Source: a virus (lineage: Duplodnaviria; Heunggongvirae; Uroviricota; Caudoviricetes). From it: 64,000 bases of DNA. Location of the stretch: positions 1 through 64,000 of IMG/VR virus record IMGVR_UViG_3300008113_000007; one strand, 5' to 3'. Position 1 is the first letter of the stretch. Each line of letters opens with the position of its first letter. Under the pieces are notes generated by a model. That model was not told where the DNA came from. It searched no databases and saw only the letters and a list, made by a program, of their open reading frames with translations. The position numbers and the translations under genes are program-made. Positions 26,167 to 34,900 of the stretch are shown in pieces.

Positions 26167-26170
26167 ATCT

Positions 26171-26425
26171 CTATTGTATTTTGTTTTTCTTCCATCCGAA
26201 GATTCTTCTCTCCAGAAGCGCGAAGGTGAAGTTGAACTCCTTCATTATCTGCTCGGCCATCGCGTCTATGTCCGCAGCGGTCTCCCCTGTGTCGTGCCCG
26301 TCCTCCGCGAGGAGCCTCTCAATCTCAGCACGGCATCTCTCGAATGTGATTGGCTCCAGTCCTGGCTGCTCGAGCGACTCGACTATCTTGCTGAACTTTG
26401 GCATTCCTTTGTCGTTTCCTTGCAT
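26171..26425 (-). CDS. small acidic hypothetical protein
   Basis: ORF only. Confidence 0.35.
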   Translation of the reverse strand: MQGNDKGMPKFSKIVESLEQPGLEPITFERCRAEIERLLAEDGHDTGETAADIDAMAEQIMKEFNFTFALLERRIFGWKKNKIQ

Positions 26426-26429
26426 AATC

Positions 26430-27122
26430 TTATTCTTTTGTTGATATGGTAACGATTACGACGTCCTGGTCGTCCTCGTCGTGCCTGAAGCTAACGTTGG
26501 CTTTCGACATGTCTATCCCCTTTGTGAAGGCCGCCCATTTCCTATTCGTGAATACGCCTAGGTTGCCGCCGCACCTTATGGAGAAGCTGTCATTGACTTT
26601 TTCCACTTCGCGCGGCTCCCAGAGCATGTGCCTGGCGAAGTCCGTGCTGGTCTTGTAGAATTTGCCCCTGAGTGCGGTGAAGAGTTCCTTGAGAGCGATC
26701 TCTTTGTCCGAGGAATTCGTCTCGTCCACGACGTGCAGTATGGTGAACTTTATTTGGCTGTCATACCACGTCATGCTCAGTGCCGAGCCGTCTTCGCTGA
26801 GCCTGCTGCACAGGTTTCCGACCTCTGCAATGAGCTCGAAAATCCTCTGGTCGCTGGTGTAGGCACGATCGAACGTTCCTTCTTTGAAATTGAAGACGTC
26901 CACTTCCGCGTTTAGTTCGTCGACGTATTTGTTCTTCACCCAGATGACTATGGAACGGACCATCTTTTTGTACAGGTGCGACGATGTGTCTGTCACCGGC
27001 TGCGGTTCAGAGATACGCACCTCGAAGCCGAGGTCCTTTATCGGTAGCAGCATCTCCTCTACCGCGCTATCGTCCCACTCGGCGGCCTCCTTTATGTACT
27101 CGTAGAATTTCTGTAGTCTCAT
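26430..27122 (-). CDS. hypothetical protein with a CTS-like N-terminus (MRLQKFYEYIKE)
   Basis: N-terminus matches the recurring MR(L/Y)xK(x)(F/Y)xE motif. Confidence 0.45.
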   Translation of the reverse strand: MRLQKFYEYIKEAAEWDDSAVEEMLLPIKDLGFEVRISEPQPVTDTSSHLYKKMVRSIVIWVKNKYVDELNAEVDVFNFKEGTFDRAYTSDQRIFELIAEVGNLCSRLSEDGSALSMTWYDSQIKFTILHVVDETNSSDKEIALKELFTALRGKFYKTSTDFARHMLWEPREVEKVNDSFSIRCGGNLGVFTNRKWAAFTKGIDMSKANVSFRHDEDDQDVVIVTISTKE

Positions 27123-27132
27123 ATTGTATATA

Positions 27133-27615
27133 TCACTTCACCTTGAAGGTCTTTTCTATCTTGTCCGCCACCGGGTTGAACAGCAGCAGGTTTCTCGTTC
27201 CTCCCTCGTAGACCCAGACGCCGTCGTAGTTGCCCTCGATCCAGGACATCAGCTGCTCGTCCGCCTCTATCGGCGACCAGCTGTCGCTGTGGTGGTATAG
27301 TTGGTCGGCGGTGCTCACCAGGAACTCCGGCTCGTCGGACGAGTAGTACGGATCCTCGAGAGGCCCGAACTCGTCTATTATTTTCTGGCAGTCCTCGATC
27401 TTGTTTGTGTCGAGAAGCCTCAGGTCCTTCTTCAGGTCGACCTTGTAGACGTGGTTTCCGTACATCTTCGCCTCGTTCGGGCTTGTCGAGAAGAACGTCC
27501 CGTTGGCCAGGTCTCCCCTTTTTCCGAACTCGTGCTCGTCGGGCGTGCCGTGGTATACGACCGCCGCGCCGTGCTCGTTGTACGTGAACTCGTCGAATAC
27601 CTTTACGTACCTCAT
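27133..27615 (-). CDS. putative ADP-ribosyltransferase of the H-Y-E (diphtheria-toxin/PARP-like) type, with a CTS-like N-terminus (MRYVKVFDEF)
   Basis: 'VVYHGTPDEH...GTFFSTSPNEAKMYG' parallels diphtheria toxin 'SYHGTKPGYV...GFYSTDNKYDAAGY' (His, then Y-rich STS-like segment); downstream acidic candidates 'VWVYEGG'/'IEADEQ'. Alternative: Tpt1/KptA-like 2'-phosphotransferase. Confidence 0.35.
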   Translation of the reverse strand: MRYVKVFDEFTYNEHGAAVVYHGTPDEHEFGKRGDLANGTFFSTSPNEAKMYGNHVYKVDLKKDLRLLDTNKIEDCQKIIDEFGPLEDPYYSSDEPEFLVSTADQLYHHSDSWSPIEADEQLMSWIEGNYDGVWVYEGGTRNLLLFNPVADKIEKTFKVK

Positions 27616-28319
27616 CTCACGCCGGTCTTCAGTTTTTTGTCGAGCATCTTGGCGAGGTTAGAGCCGATGAAGTAGTGTATGTTCTTCAGGTCCTCGGTCT
27701 CGTGCGTCTCTATCTCGTCCATGAACCTGAACTGGAACTTGTAGTGGTCTACGTCCTCGTCCGACTCGCGGTCGACCTTGTAGATCGAGAGCTCTACGTT
27801 GTAGTTGTTGTTTATGTTTATCTTGAAGTCGAACGTCGTGTCAGCGCACGGCGTGGTCTTGAACTTCGGCTCGTACTCCACGTCGAATATCGAGTAGTCC
27901 TCGATCTTGGCCCTCTTCATGTAGTAGTTGAGGAACATCGCCGGTGCCTCGATGAAGTCTGAGAGGATGATTAGGTCCTCGCCGAAGTTGTTTGTCTCGA
28001 TTACGTTCTCTATCTTCTCCTTGAGGTCGATGATGTTGTCGAACTCGACCTTGTGGTACACGCAGTTTATGTCGTAGAGGTAGATGAATTCCCTCTCTAC
28101 TATCTCTCTCTTCTCGAGGTCTGTCTTGAACAGGAACTTCGTGTGTATGATGTTCGAGTCATCTGTGCTTAGCCCGTGTATGGATATCACGAGTTTCAGG
28201 AAGTCGGCGTCCTCCTTCTTCGGCCTTTCGTAGATTGTCTCTACCGTCTTCACCACGCCATCCTCCTCCTGGAAGACCTCTTTGAAAATGTCCTCTATCT
28301 CGGCAATCTTGATCTTCAT
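27612..28319 (-). CDS. hypothetical acidic protein within the operon (overlapping start/stop with neighbours)
   Basis: ORF with 4-nt overlaps on both sides. Confidence 0.45.
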   Translation of the reverse strand: MKIKIAEIEDIFKEVFQEEDGVVKTVETIYERPKKEDADFLKLVISIHGLSTDDSNIIHTKFLFKTDLEKREIVEREFIYLYDINCVYHKVEFDNIIDLKEKIENVIETNNFGEDLIILSDFIEAPAMFLNYYMKRAKIEDYSIFDVEYEPKFKTTPCADTTFDFKININNNYNVELSIYKVDRESDEDVDHYKFQFRFMDEIETHETEDLKNIHYFIGSNLAKMLDKKLKTGVR

Positions 28320-29098
28320 ATGGAGTTGTCTTTTTTCTCGAACTGTCTGTCGTAGGCCAACCTCTTCATCTTCATCACTTTGTCAGTGTATCCGTTTCTT
28401 CTGAGAAGCTTGAAAACGAGGTTTCCTATCGAGAACTCGCCGCTCTCACTCTCGAGACCGGACTTACGGAAGTCTTTGATTCTCTTCCAGACCCCGTCTA
28501 GTTTTTTTACGAACTCTTCGTATTTATCCTCGTTTAGTTCTTCTTCAAGTTCGTCTATCTGAGACATAACGGTCTCCGCTTTCGACCTGATAAGTTTCTC
28601 ATCTGGTACGAAGTCCTTTCTTTCTGGCTTTCTGATCCATTTGTCTTTCATCAGTGAGTAGACTCCACCCATTCTGCCACCTTTTATGGCATCGTTCATA
28701 TCGTCCTCGTCCTGTATCATCACCTCGACTTCGTATCCTGCGATTTTGATGTCGTGCTTGAGGTTCCATATCTTCTTGCTTAGGTCACATACCTTCTCGG
28801 CTAGCTCGAAATCGTCGTCTATATCTTTGTAGTGTATTATTACGTGTAAATCGTAGTCCGAATATCTCTCTGACCAGTTGTAGTTACAGAGTGATCCACA
28901 GAGAACCACGTCAACCACGTCGGCCTTCAGGTCGGACTCCGCATAGAAGTCCTGTCCTATCATAAGCAGGTTTCTTCTGACCTCATCATCGAGGTCACCG
29001 TTTTCCCAAAGCTTTTGGTTAAGCTCGTCCTTCATATGAAATGAGCTTATGGCCTCGAAGTCGGCCTGCACGAATTCGTAGTATTTGTCCAGTCTCAT
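28316..29098 (-). CDS. nucleotidyltransferase-fold protein (Pol-beta superfamily) with a CTS-like N-terminus (MRLDKYYEFVQ)
   Basis: NTase signature 'LCGSLCNYNWSERYSDYDLHV' (hG[GS]...DhD); first gene behind a minus-strand TATATATA box near 29105. Confidence 0.5.
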   Translation of the reverse strand: MRLDKYYEFVQADFEAISSFHMKDELNQKLWENGDLDDEVRRNLLMIGQDFYAESDLKADVVDVVLCGSLCNYNWSERYSDYDLHVIIHYKDIDDDFELAEKVCDLSKKIWNLKHDIKIAGYEVEVMIQDEDDMNDAIKGGRMGGVYSLMKDKWIRKPERKDFVPDEKLIRSKAETVMSQIDELEEELNEDKYEEFVKKLDGVWKRIKDFRKSGLESESGEFSIGNLVFKLLRRNGYTDKVMKMKRLAYDRQFEKKDNSI

Positions 29099-29102
29099 AG
29101 AC

Positions 29103-29113
29103 TATATATAAAA
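29103..29113 (-). promoter_or_regulatory. late-promoter-like box (minus strand reads TTTTTATATATAG) upstream of the internal-protein operon
   Basis: Motif family; positioned 5-15 nt upstream of the start at 29098. Confidence 0.35.
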
Positions 29114-29124
29114 ACAGGAAACCG

Positions 29125-29337
29125 TTATATCACTATCTCAACTATATCGAAAAGGTAGTCCAGTCCGTTTACAAAGAAGTACGGGTACAACTCTTTCTCA
29201 GTCGTCTCTGTATTGAATGTGACGAGTAACTGACCAGCCATACTTATTATTTCACCCACGCCCAAATATTCGAGCTTCAGTTCGAGTCTATGTGTTAGTT
29301 GATCGAAAGTGGGTACGTTACTAAAACCTCCTACCAT
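29125..29337 (-). CDS. small hypothetical protein (possible fiber chaperone), uncertain
   Basis: Short ORF at the promoter-proximal end of the fiber locus. Confidence 0.25.
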   Translation of the reverse strand: MVGGFSNVPTFDQLTHRLELKLEYLGVGEIISMAGQLLVTFNTETTEKELYPYFFVNGLDYLFDIVEIVI

Positions 29338-30220
29338 AATACCATCTGTAAAAATTTTCCAACCTGATTTGTTCCGAGGGGTTCAACCAGTAGTCGAACG
29401 TCATCGCACTGGCTATCTGTGATCCACCGTTTGTTGCGGATGAGTTGTTACCGAAATAGTAGGTGTTACCGAAAAAGGTTCCAGTCGACGCACCGAAAGT
29501 TGTGGTGATTGGTGCCATATTTAGTTTTCCGTTCAGGTACATCTCAACTTCGGATCCTGGACCGTTCGGTTGGTAAAGTCTGAACTTCACGGTGAGTACG
29601 TGCCAATGGTACAGCCCCTCTACAAGTTTGTCGTATGTCTCGTATACAGCACTGGTCGTCGTTGGATTTCCGATGAAGGATACCCTGACCCTGTTTCCAC
29701 CCTCCGTGGTTATCTGTATATCGCCAGTAGTTGCAGAGAATGTGGAGTCGACGTTGTAGAAAAGAAGACGTGTGTTTGATGTACTGGATATCCTGAACAC
29801 CATCATTACTGTTAACTCTGTCTTTCCTGAACCCATCAGTGTCTGTGTCGTAGATACGGAGTCGGCACCGGAGTTGAAGTCGATGTAGGCACGGTTGTTG
29901 TAGACACCCCCGTTTCCTCTGTATGGTGGTTGGTAGGCTGGTGAAGATCCGATGACATATGTCGTCTTTCCTGGTGATAGTTGAGTAAGCCCTGCGATTG
30001 TTCCTCCTACGGTCCTCGTCGTGTTGTAGTCCGCTATGAAGAAAGACGACGGTTGTTTATTTCCTTGTAGTAGTGTAGGGTCCTGCACCTTTGTGTGCAT
30101 TCCGGGTTCACTAACGAGTCCTTTTTTCAGACCACTCTCCATTCGGGAGAATCCGAATCCTGATTTATACCCCTGTAACCATCCCTGACTTAGACCACCG
30201 TTTATTCCGTTCCTACTCAT
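29321..30220 (-). CDS. fiber/adhesin-associated protein with a concanavalin-A/LamG-like jelly-roll signature
   Basis: 'LYHWHVLTVKF...EMYLNGKL' resembles the LamG/ConA-like lectin core; Gly/Thr/Ser/Asn-rich composition. Confidence 0.45.
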   Translation of the reverse strand: MSRNGINGGLSQGWLQGYKSGFGFSRMESGLKKGLVSEPGMHTKVQDPTLLQGNKQPSSFFIADYNTTRTVGGTIAGLTQLSPGKTTYVIGSSPAYQPPYRGNGGVYNNRAYIDFNSGADSVSTTQTLMGSGKTELTVMMVFRISSTSNTRLLFYNVDSTFSATTGDIQITTEGGNRVRVSFIGNPTTTSAVYETYDKLVEGLYHWHVLTVKFRLYQPNGPGSEVEMYLNGKLNMAPITTTFGASTGTFFGNTYYFGNNSSATNGGSQIASAMTFDYWLNPSEQIRLENFYRWYYGRRF

Positions 30221-31157
30221 ACGTTTCTCCTATGGTTTTTATGTTTATCTGTGCAGCAGGTGCCACCGAGAACACGCCGTTTAAGCTCCATCCTGCAGGA
30301 AGGTTGAAGTAGTAGGATATACCCTCTGGATCCGCAGTACGGACGAATAGACCCTGTATAAACGCGTCGTAGAATAGATCCTGTGCGGATATAGCCGTGT
30401 TGTTGCCGGAGTTCGCCAGTACCGAAATTGTGTATATTAGGTAGTTCGTGGTTCCGTCGTTGAGACTTATTGCTAGTGTTCTTGCGGTTGAGTCTGTACT
30501 CGTTGCCTCTATACCGTAGATTCTCCTGTCGTGTGCCGCACTGGTGACGAGATCACGTCTGGTCGTACCTCCTGCGGTTGAGAACGTCGCTGTCTGTTGG
30601 AAATGTGTAGACGTGAATCTGTGTGTCACCCCGTCGTATTTCTCTCCAAAGGTGGTGAACGTCATCGCGTTACCTGCTGAGAGTGTGTTGGTGTACGTGA
30701 ACTTCATAGACCATGTTTTTGGTAGGTTGAAGTACCAAACACCCATATTATCCGCCATTGCGTAGGTCAGAAGACCTGAGAAGTCGGAACTGGTGAAAAT
30801 GTCGTTCGATCCGACCGAGATACTGTTTCCAGCATTCGCACTTATATCGTCTTTACCCATCTGATAATCGGTTGTTCCGTCACTGAGCCACAGTGTGCAT
30901 GCGTTGTGGTTCACTGCTGATGTGTTGGTGATAATCATTCCATAGATTCTTCTGTCGTGTGTGTTGTCTGCCGGTACGATTGTGTATGCGGTGTTTGCCA
31001 CACTCGACGATGTGAGCGACATACAATAGAGGTATGGTGTGTTTGTGAGTGTCAGTTGGTTCGCCATTTCGTCTAATAGTTTTCTCCAAACACGAAGGTG
31101 TAAAGCCTCTCCGCAGGTATGGTGTGCGTTGTGAGGTAAGACATCCTGATTGACCAA
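30213..31157 (-). CDS. structural protein made of two tandem copies of the ~140-aa 'DRR(I/V)YG...LNDGTT' domain
   Basis: Two internal copies ('HDRRIYGMIITNTSA...LWLSDGTTDYQM' and 'HDRRIYGIEATSTDS...ISLNDGTTNYLI') homologous to the 144-aa proteins downstream. Confidence 0.5.
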   Translation of the reverse strand: MVNQDVLPHNAHHTCGEALHLRVWRKLLDEMANQLTLTNTPYLYCMSLTSSSVANTAYTIVPADNTHDRRIYGMIITNTSAVNHNACTLWLSDGTTDYQMGKDDISANAGNSISVGSNDIFTSSDFSGLLTYAMADNMGVWYFNLPKTWSMKFTYTNTLSAGNAMTFTTFGEKYDGVTHRFTSTHFQQTATFSTAGGTTRRDLVTSAAHDRRIYGIEATSTDSTARTLAISLNDGTTNYLIYTISVLANSGNNTAISAQDLFYDAFIQGLFVRTADPEGISYYFNLPAGWSLNGVFSVAPAAQINIKTIGETYE

Positions 31158-31507
31158 CCCTTCGGTAGGTTGAAGTAGGTCACACCGTTCGCGTCTCTGG
31201 TCTTAGCAAGAACGGACTCAGCCAACGTACTTGAGAACACATCAGTCAACGGAGTACCCACGGCGTTTCCTGAGTTCGCAACGACGTTCACGTTGCAGAC
31301 CTGTATGTCTGTCGTGCCGTCGTTTAGGAATATCCTCACCGGGTTAGCGTTGTTGTCGTTGCTAACTATCGAAAGGCCGTATACCCTCCTGTCCACCGAA
31401 GACGTCGCTGTAAGTATGTCGAAAATGGTTCCGCCCGTTCTGGTCGCTTGTGATGAGACCGTGCACTGCATGAACGATCCTGATGTGAAAGTCAGTGCTC
31501 CTGCCAT
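31073..31507 (-). CDS. small beta-rich structural protein, member of the five-copy paralog family
   Basis: 'VDRRVYGLSIVSNDNNANPVRIFLNDGTTDIQV'. Confidence 0.5.
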   Translation of the reverse strand: MAGALTFTSGSFMQCTVSSQATRTGGTIFDILTATSSVDRRVYGLSIVSNDNNANPVRIFLNDGTTDIQVCNVNVVANSGNAVGTPLTDVFSSTLAESVLAKTRDANGVTYFNLPKGWSIRMSYLTTHTIPAERLYTFVFGENY

Positions 31508-31510
31508 ATT

Positions 31511-31945
31511 TTATGCGTAGGTTTCTCCGAAGACGAGTACATACAATGCTGATGTGGAAAGTGCGGTGTTATACTGGTATTGTATAGACCATGTCTTAGG
31601 TAGGTTGAAGTACGGAACTCCGTTGGCGTCCCTCTGTTTTTGTAGCACAGCTGCGCCGACGACCGAGCCCATTATGTCCACTGCAGCAACTGAAGTTGTG
31701 TTACCCGAACTCAACGGTACACTTACTACGAATGCCTGGTAGTGAACGGTTCCGTCGTTCAGCCATATTGTTACGGTCTGTGCCGACGCAGCTGATGTGT
31801 TGACGATTGATATTCCGTATACCCTACGGTCGTATGTCGCGTCTGCGGTAAGTATTGTGTATCTCGTGTTGGTCGTCGAGTTCGCTGCGGATGCGGTCAA
31901 TCCTTGTAGAAACGGCGCACTTGTAAACGTTAGGTTGCTTGCCAT
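31511..31945 (-). CDS. small beta-rich structural protein, paralog of 31073..31507
   Basis: 'YDRRVYGISIVNTSAASAQTVTIWLNDGTVHYQAF'; same length (144 aa). Confidence 0.5.
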   Translation of the reverse strand: MASNLTFTSAPFLQGLTASAANSTTNTRYTILTADATYDRRVYGISIVNTSAASAQTVTIWLNDGTVHYQAFVVSVPLSSGNTTSVAAVDIMGSVVGAAVLQKQRDANGVPYFNLPKTWSIQYQYNTALSTSALYVLVFGETYA

Positions 31946-31988
31946 CTTCGTTTTTTCTTTTATATATTACGAAAGTGGCCTTCTTCCT

Positions 31989-34900
31989 CTAAGTGTTGTT
32001 CGACATATATAGAAGTACCGTCTGTGTTATGAGGTTAGCTTCTACGAAGTTCGAGTTGTTTCCTGAGAACGTTCCGGTGAGTTCCATCGAGCCCTGTACG
32101 TGTAGTGTAGTTGCTGGTGATGCGGTTCCGATACCTACGTTTCCTGTCGAGTGTACTATGAAAGGTGTCGCGTCTGGATTGGCACTGTCTTCTACGACGA
32201 GTGCGTTTCCTGTTCCTGTCTGCGTTATCCTTACGAGATCTGTAGAGGACGCGCTTGAGACTACAAGGCCTGTCAGTGTGAGTGCACTTTGCCAGTTCGC
32301 GCTACCTATGTTGTCCTGTGAGACCAGGACTTTGTTCGTTCCTTCTGTTCCGTCTATTAGCCTGACGCTGTACTTCGTCTGGAATGAAGTGGTCTGCACG
32401 TTGAATATGCCGCCTATGTAGGTACCGATACCGAACAAGTCGTCCGACGAGTTCGCTACTATTCCCGCAACCGTTCCGCCGCCTGCGTCGGAAAACGCGT
32501 TGGTCACTATTCCGTAAGTGTCACCGTCCGAAGACGCAAACGCCTGTATCGCGGACGTAGCCCCGAGTGCGTACAATCCAGCGAGCGGCCCGTATGTCTC
32601 AATTCCGTAACTCGTCGATACAGAGTATATCCTGGCAGAGAGGCCGTCGTTTGTAGTTCCGGTCTTTAATCTTCCGTCGGCCGTTATGATGAAAGGCGTC
32701 GTATCTGGATTCGATGAGTCTTCCACGACGAGCGAGCTTCCTGTTCCGGTCTGAGTTATCCTGAGCAAGTCTTGCGAAGAAGAGCCTGATGCTATAATCA
32801 GTGGTACGGTCGTTGTGTTCGCTGTTGCTCGAAGTGTGTTTCCGTCGAAAGTGAGGTTTGCCTCGCCGTTGAGTCCGGTCGTCGTTCCGGTGGATGTTAC
32901 TACCCGGTTGTCACCAAAGTTCGTCACTGTGGTACCACCTCCTGAACTGGCTTGCCATGTCGCAACCCCGTTCGCGTCCGAAGTTAGAACATATCCTGCC
33001 TGCTGTGTTCCGTCGACTATCCTTACTGCACCACTCGTCGTTGAGAAGACATGAAGTCCGGTCGAAGGCGATGCCGTTCCCACACCGACGTTTCCTGCCG
33101 CAGTTATTATGAAAGGCGTTACATCAGGGTTCGCACTATCCTCAACAACAAGCGCGTTGCCCGTTCCTGTCTGCGTTATCCTAACTACGTCGCCAGTACT
33201 TGATGCCGAAGCTATTATTGATGTAACATATATGTTGCTGCTCCAGTTAGTGTCCCCACTCGCGTTGACAGATGTGAGAATTTTGTTTGTGTCCTGCGAT
33301 CCGTCTTGTAGTCTTAGAGCATACGCATTCTCTCCGAATCCGTCGGCGTAGAAGCTTCCTGCGATGTATGTGTTTCCGTTACTAGGCGTGTCTGACGGGT
33401 AGGCACTGGCTTTAATTCCGAAGTATGTGCCTACTGAGTCTCCGTACGCCAATGCCTCTACACCTGCAGCTTGTGAGCCTGGTGTGTTTGTCCTTCCGTA
33501 CAGACCGACTTTGGTTGCCGAGTCTCCGAAGATTCCACCATTAGTGGCGAGAACGTACGCTTTGTAACCAAATGCAGATGGTGTTGATAAACCTATACCA
33601 ACATTTCCGGCGTTGTCTATCACGAACGGAGAAGAGTCTGGATTTGTTGCATCCTCGACGACGAAGGCGTTTCCGGTACCGGTCTGTGTTATCCTGAGTA
33701 AGTCCTGTGTCGACGAACCTGATGCAAGTATCAATGGTACAGTCGTGGTGTTTGCTGTCAAACGTAGCGTGTTTCCGTCGAATGTTAAGTTACTTTCTAC
33801 CGTTGCGTTTGGTGCTGAGCCGTTCAAAGTTATGACACCATTGTCGGTTGTCCCTGTAAGGCTTAGTAATCCCGATGTTCCGGACGAACCTGATGTTCCT
33901 GAACTTCCACTACTTCCCCTGGTACCTGAGGAACCGGAAGAACCTGATGTGCCCGAAGATCCGGAGTTACCAGACGAACCGGAAGATCCTGTGCTACCTG
34001 AAGTTCCTGATGACCCAGAAGAACCAGTGTTGCCAGATGATCCTGAAGATCCGGTTGAACCACTTGATCCAGAAGTTCCGGAAGACCCTGAGCTTCCACT
34101 ACTACCGGTAGAGCCCGACGAGCCACTTGTTCCCGAGCTACCAGATGAACCACTTTGTCCGGATACATTGAAACTGACAAAGCACAAATCATTGTTTGTG
34201 AAGTTGGCGTCTGCTATAACGTTACTTATAGTTATTGTCCACCATCCGGTGTTATCGGTCGTTGCACTAAATTCATATGTGTGAAACCAAGTTAAGTCAC
34301 TTTGCTTAGTTATCTTTATGAAGCCTCTTCTACTTGCAGATCCGTAGTTTGCAAGTGAACTGAAGAAGTTTTGTAAGTCGTTATTACCATTTCTATCAAA
34401 TCTATCTATGTAAAGTGCAGTGGCACTACCCATAGTTAGGTTGTTTAGTCTGAAGAAACCTGATCCCGGATCCGACGCGGTTATTGTTGTACTGTAAGTA
34501 TACTCAAAACTCGCAGAGTCTATACCGTTCACACCTGATGTTCCTGTAGAACCACTACTTCCTGTGGATCCAGAAGTTCCGGAAGAACCTCTCGTTCCAG
34601 AAGAACCTGATGATCCAGAAGTTCCTGAAGACCCTGAACTTCCTGTAGAACCGCTCGAACCTGAACTTCCGGTTGAGCCCGATGTGCCACTTGAACCACT
34701 GCTTCCTGTAGAACCGCTTGAACCGGTGCTACCTGATGTTCCTGATGTTCCAGAAGACCCAGAAGACCCTGAACTTCCAGTTGAACCAGATGACCCAGAA
34801 GACCCTGATGTTCCCGAAGACCCCGAACTTCCGGTTGAACCGCTTGAACCGGAACTTCCGGTTGAACCCGATGTACCACTCGAACCACTACTTCCTGTAG

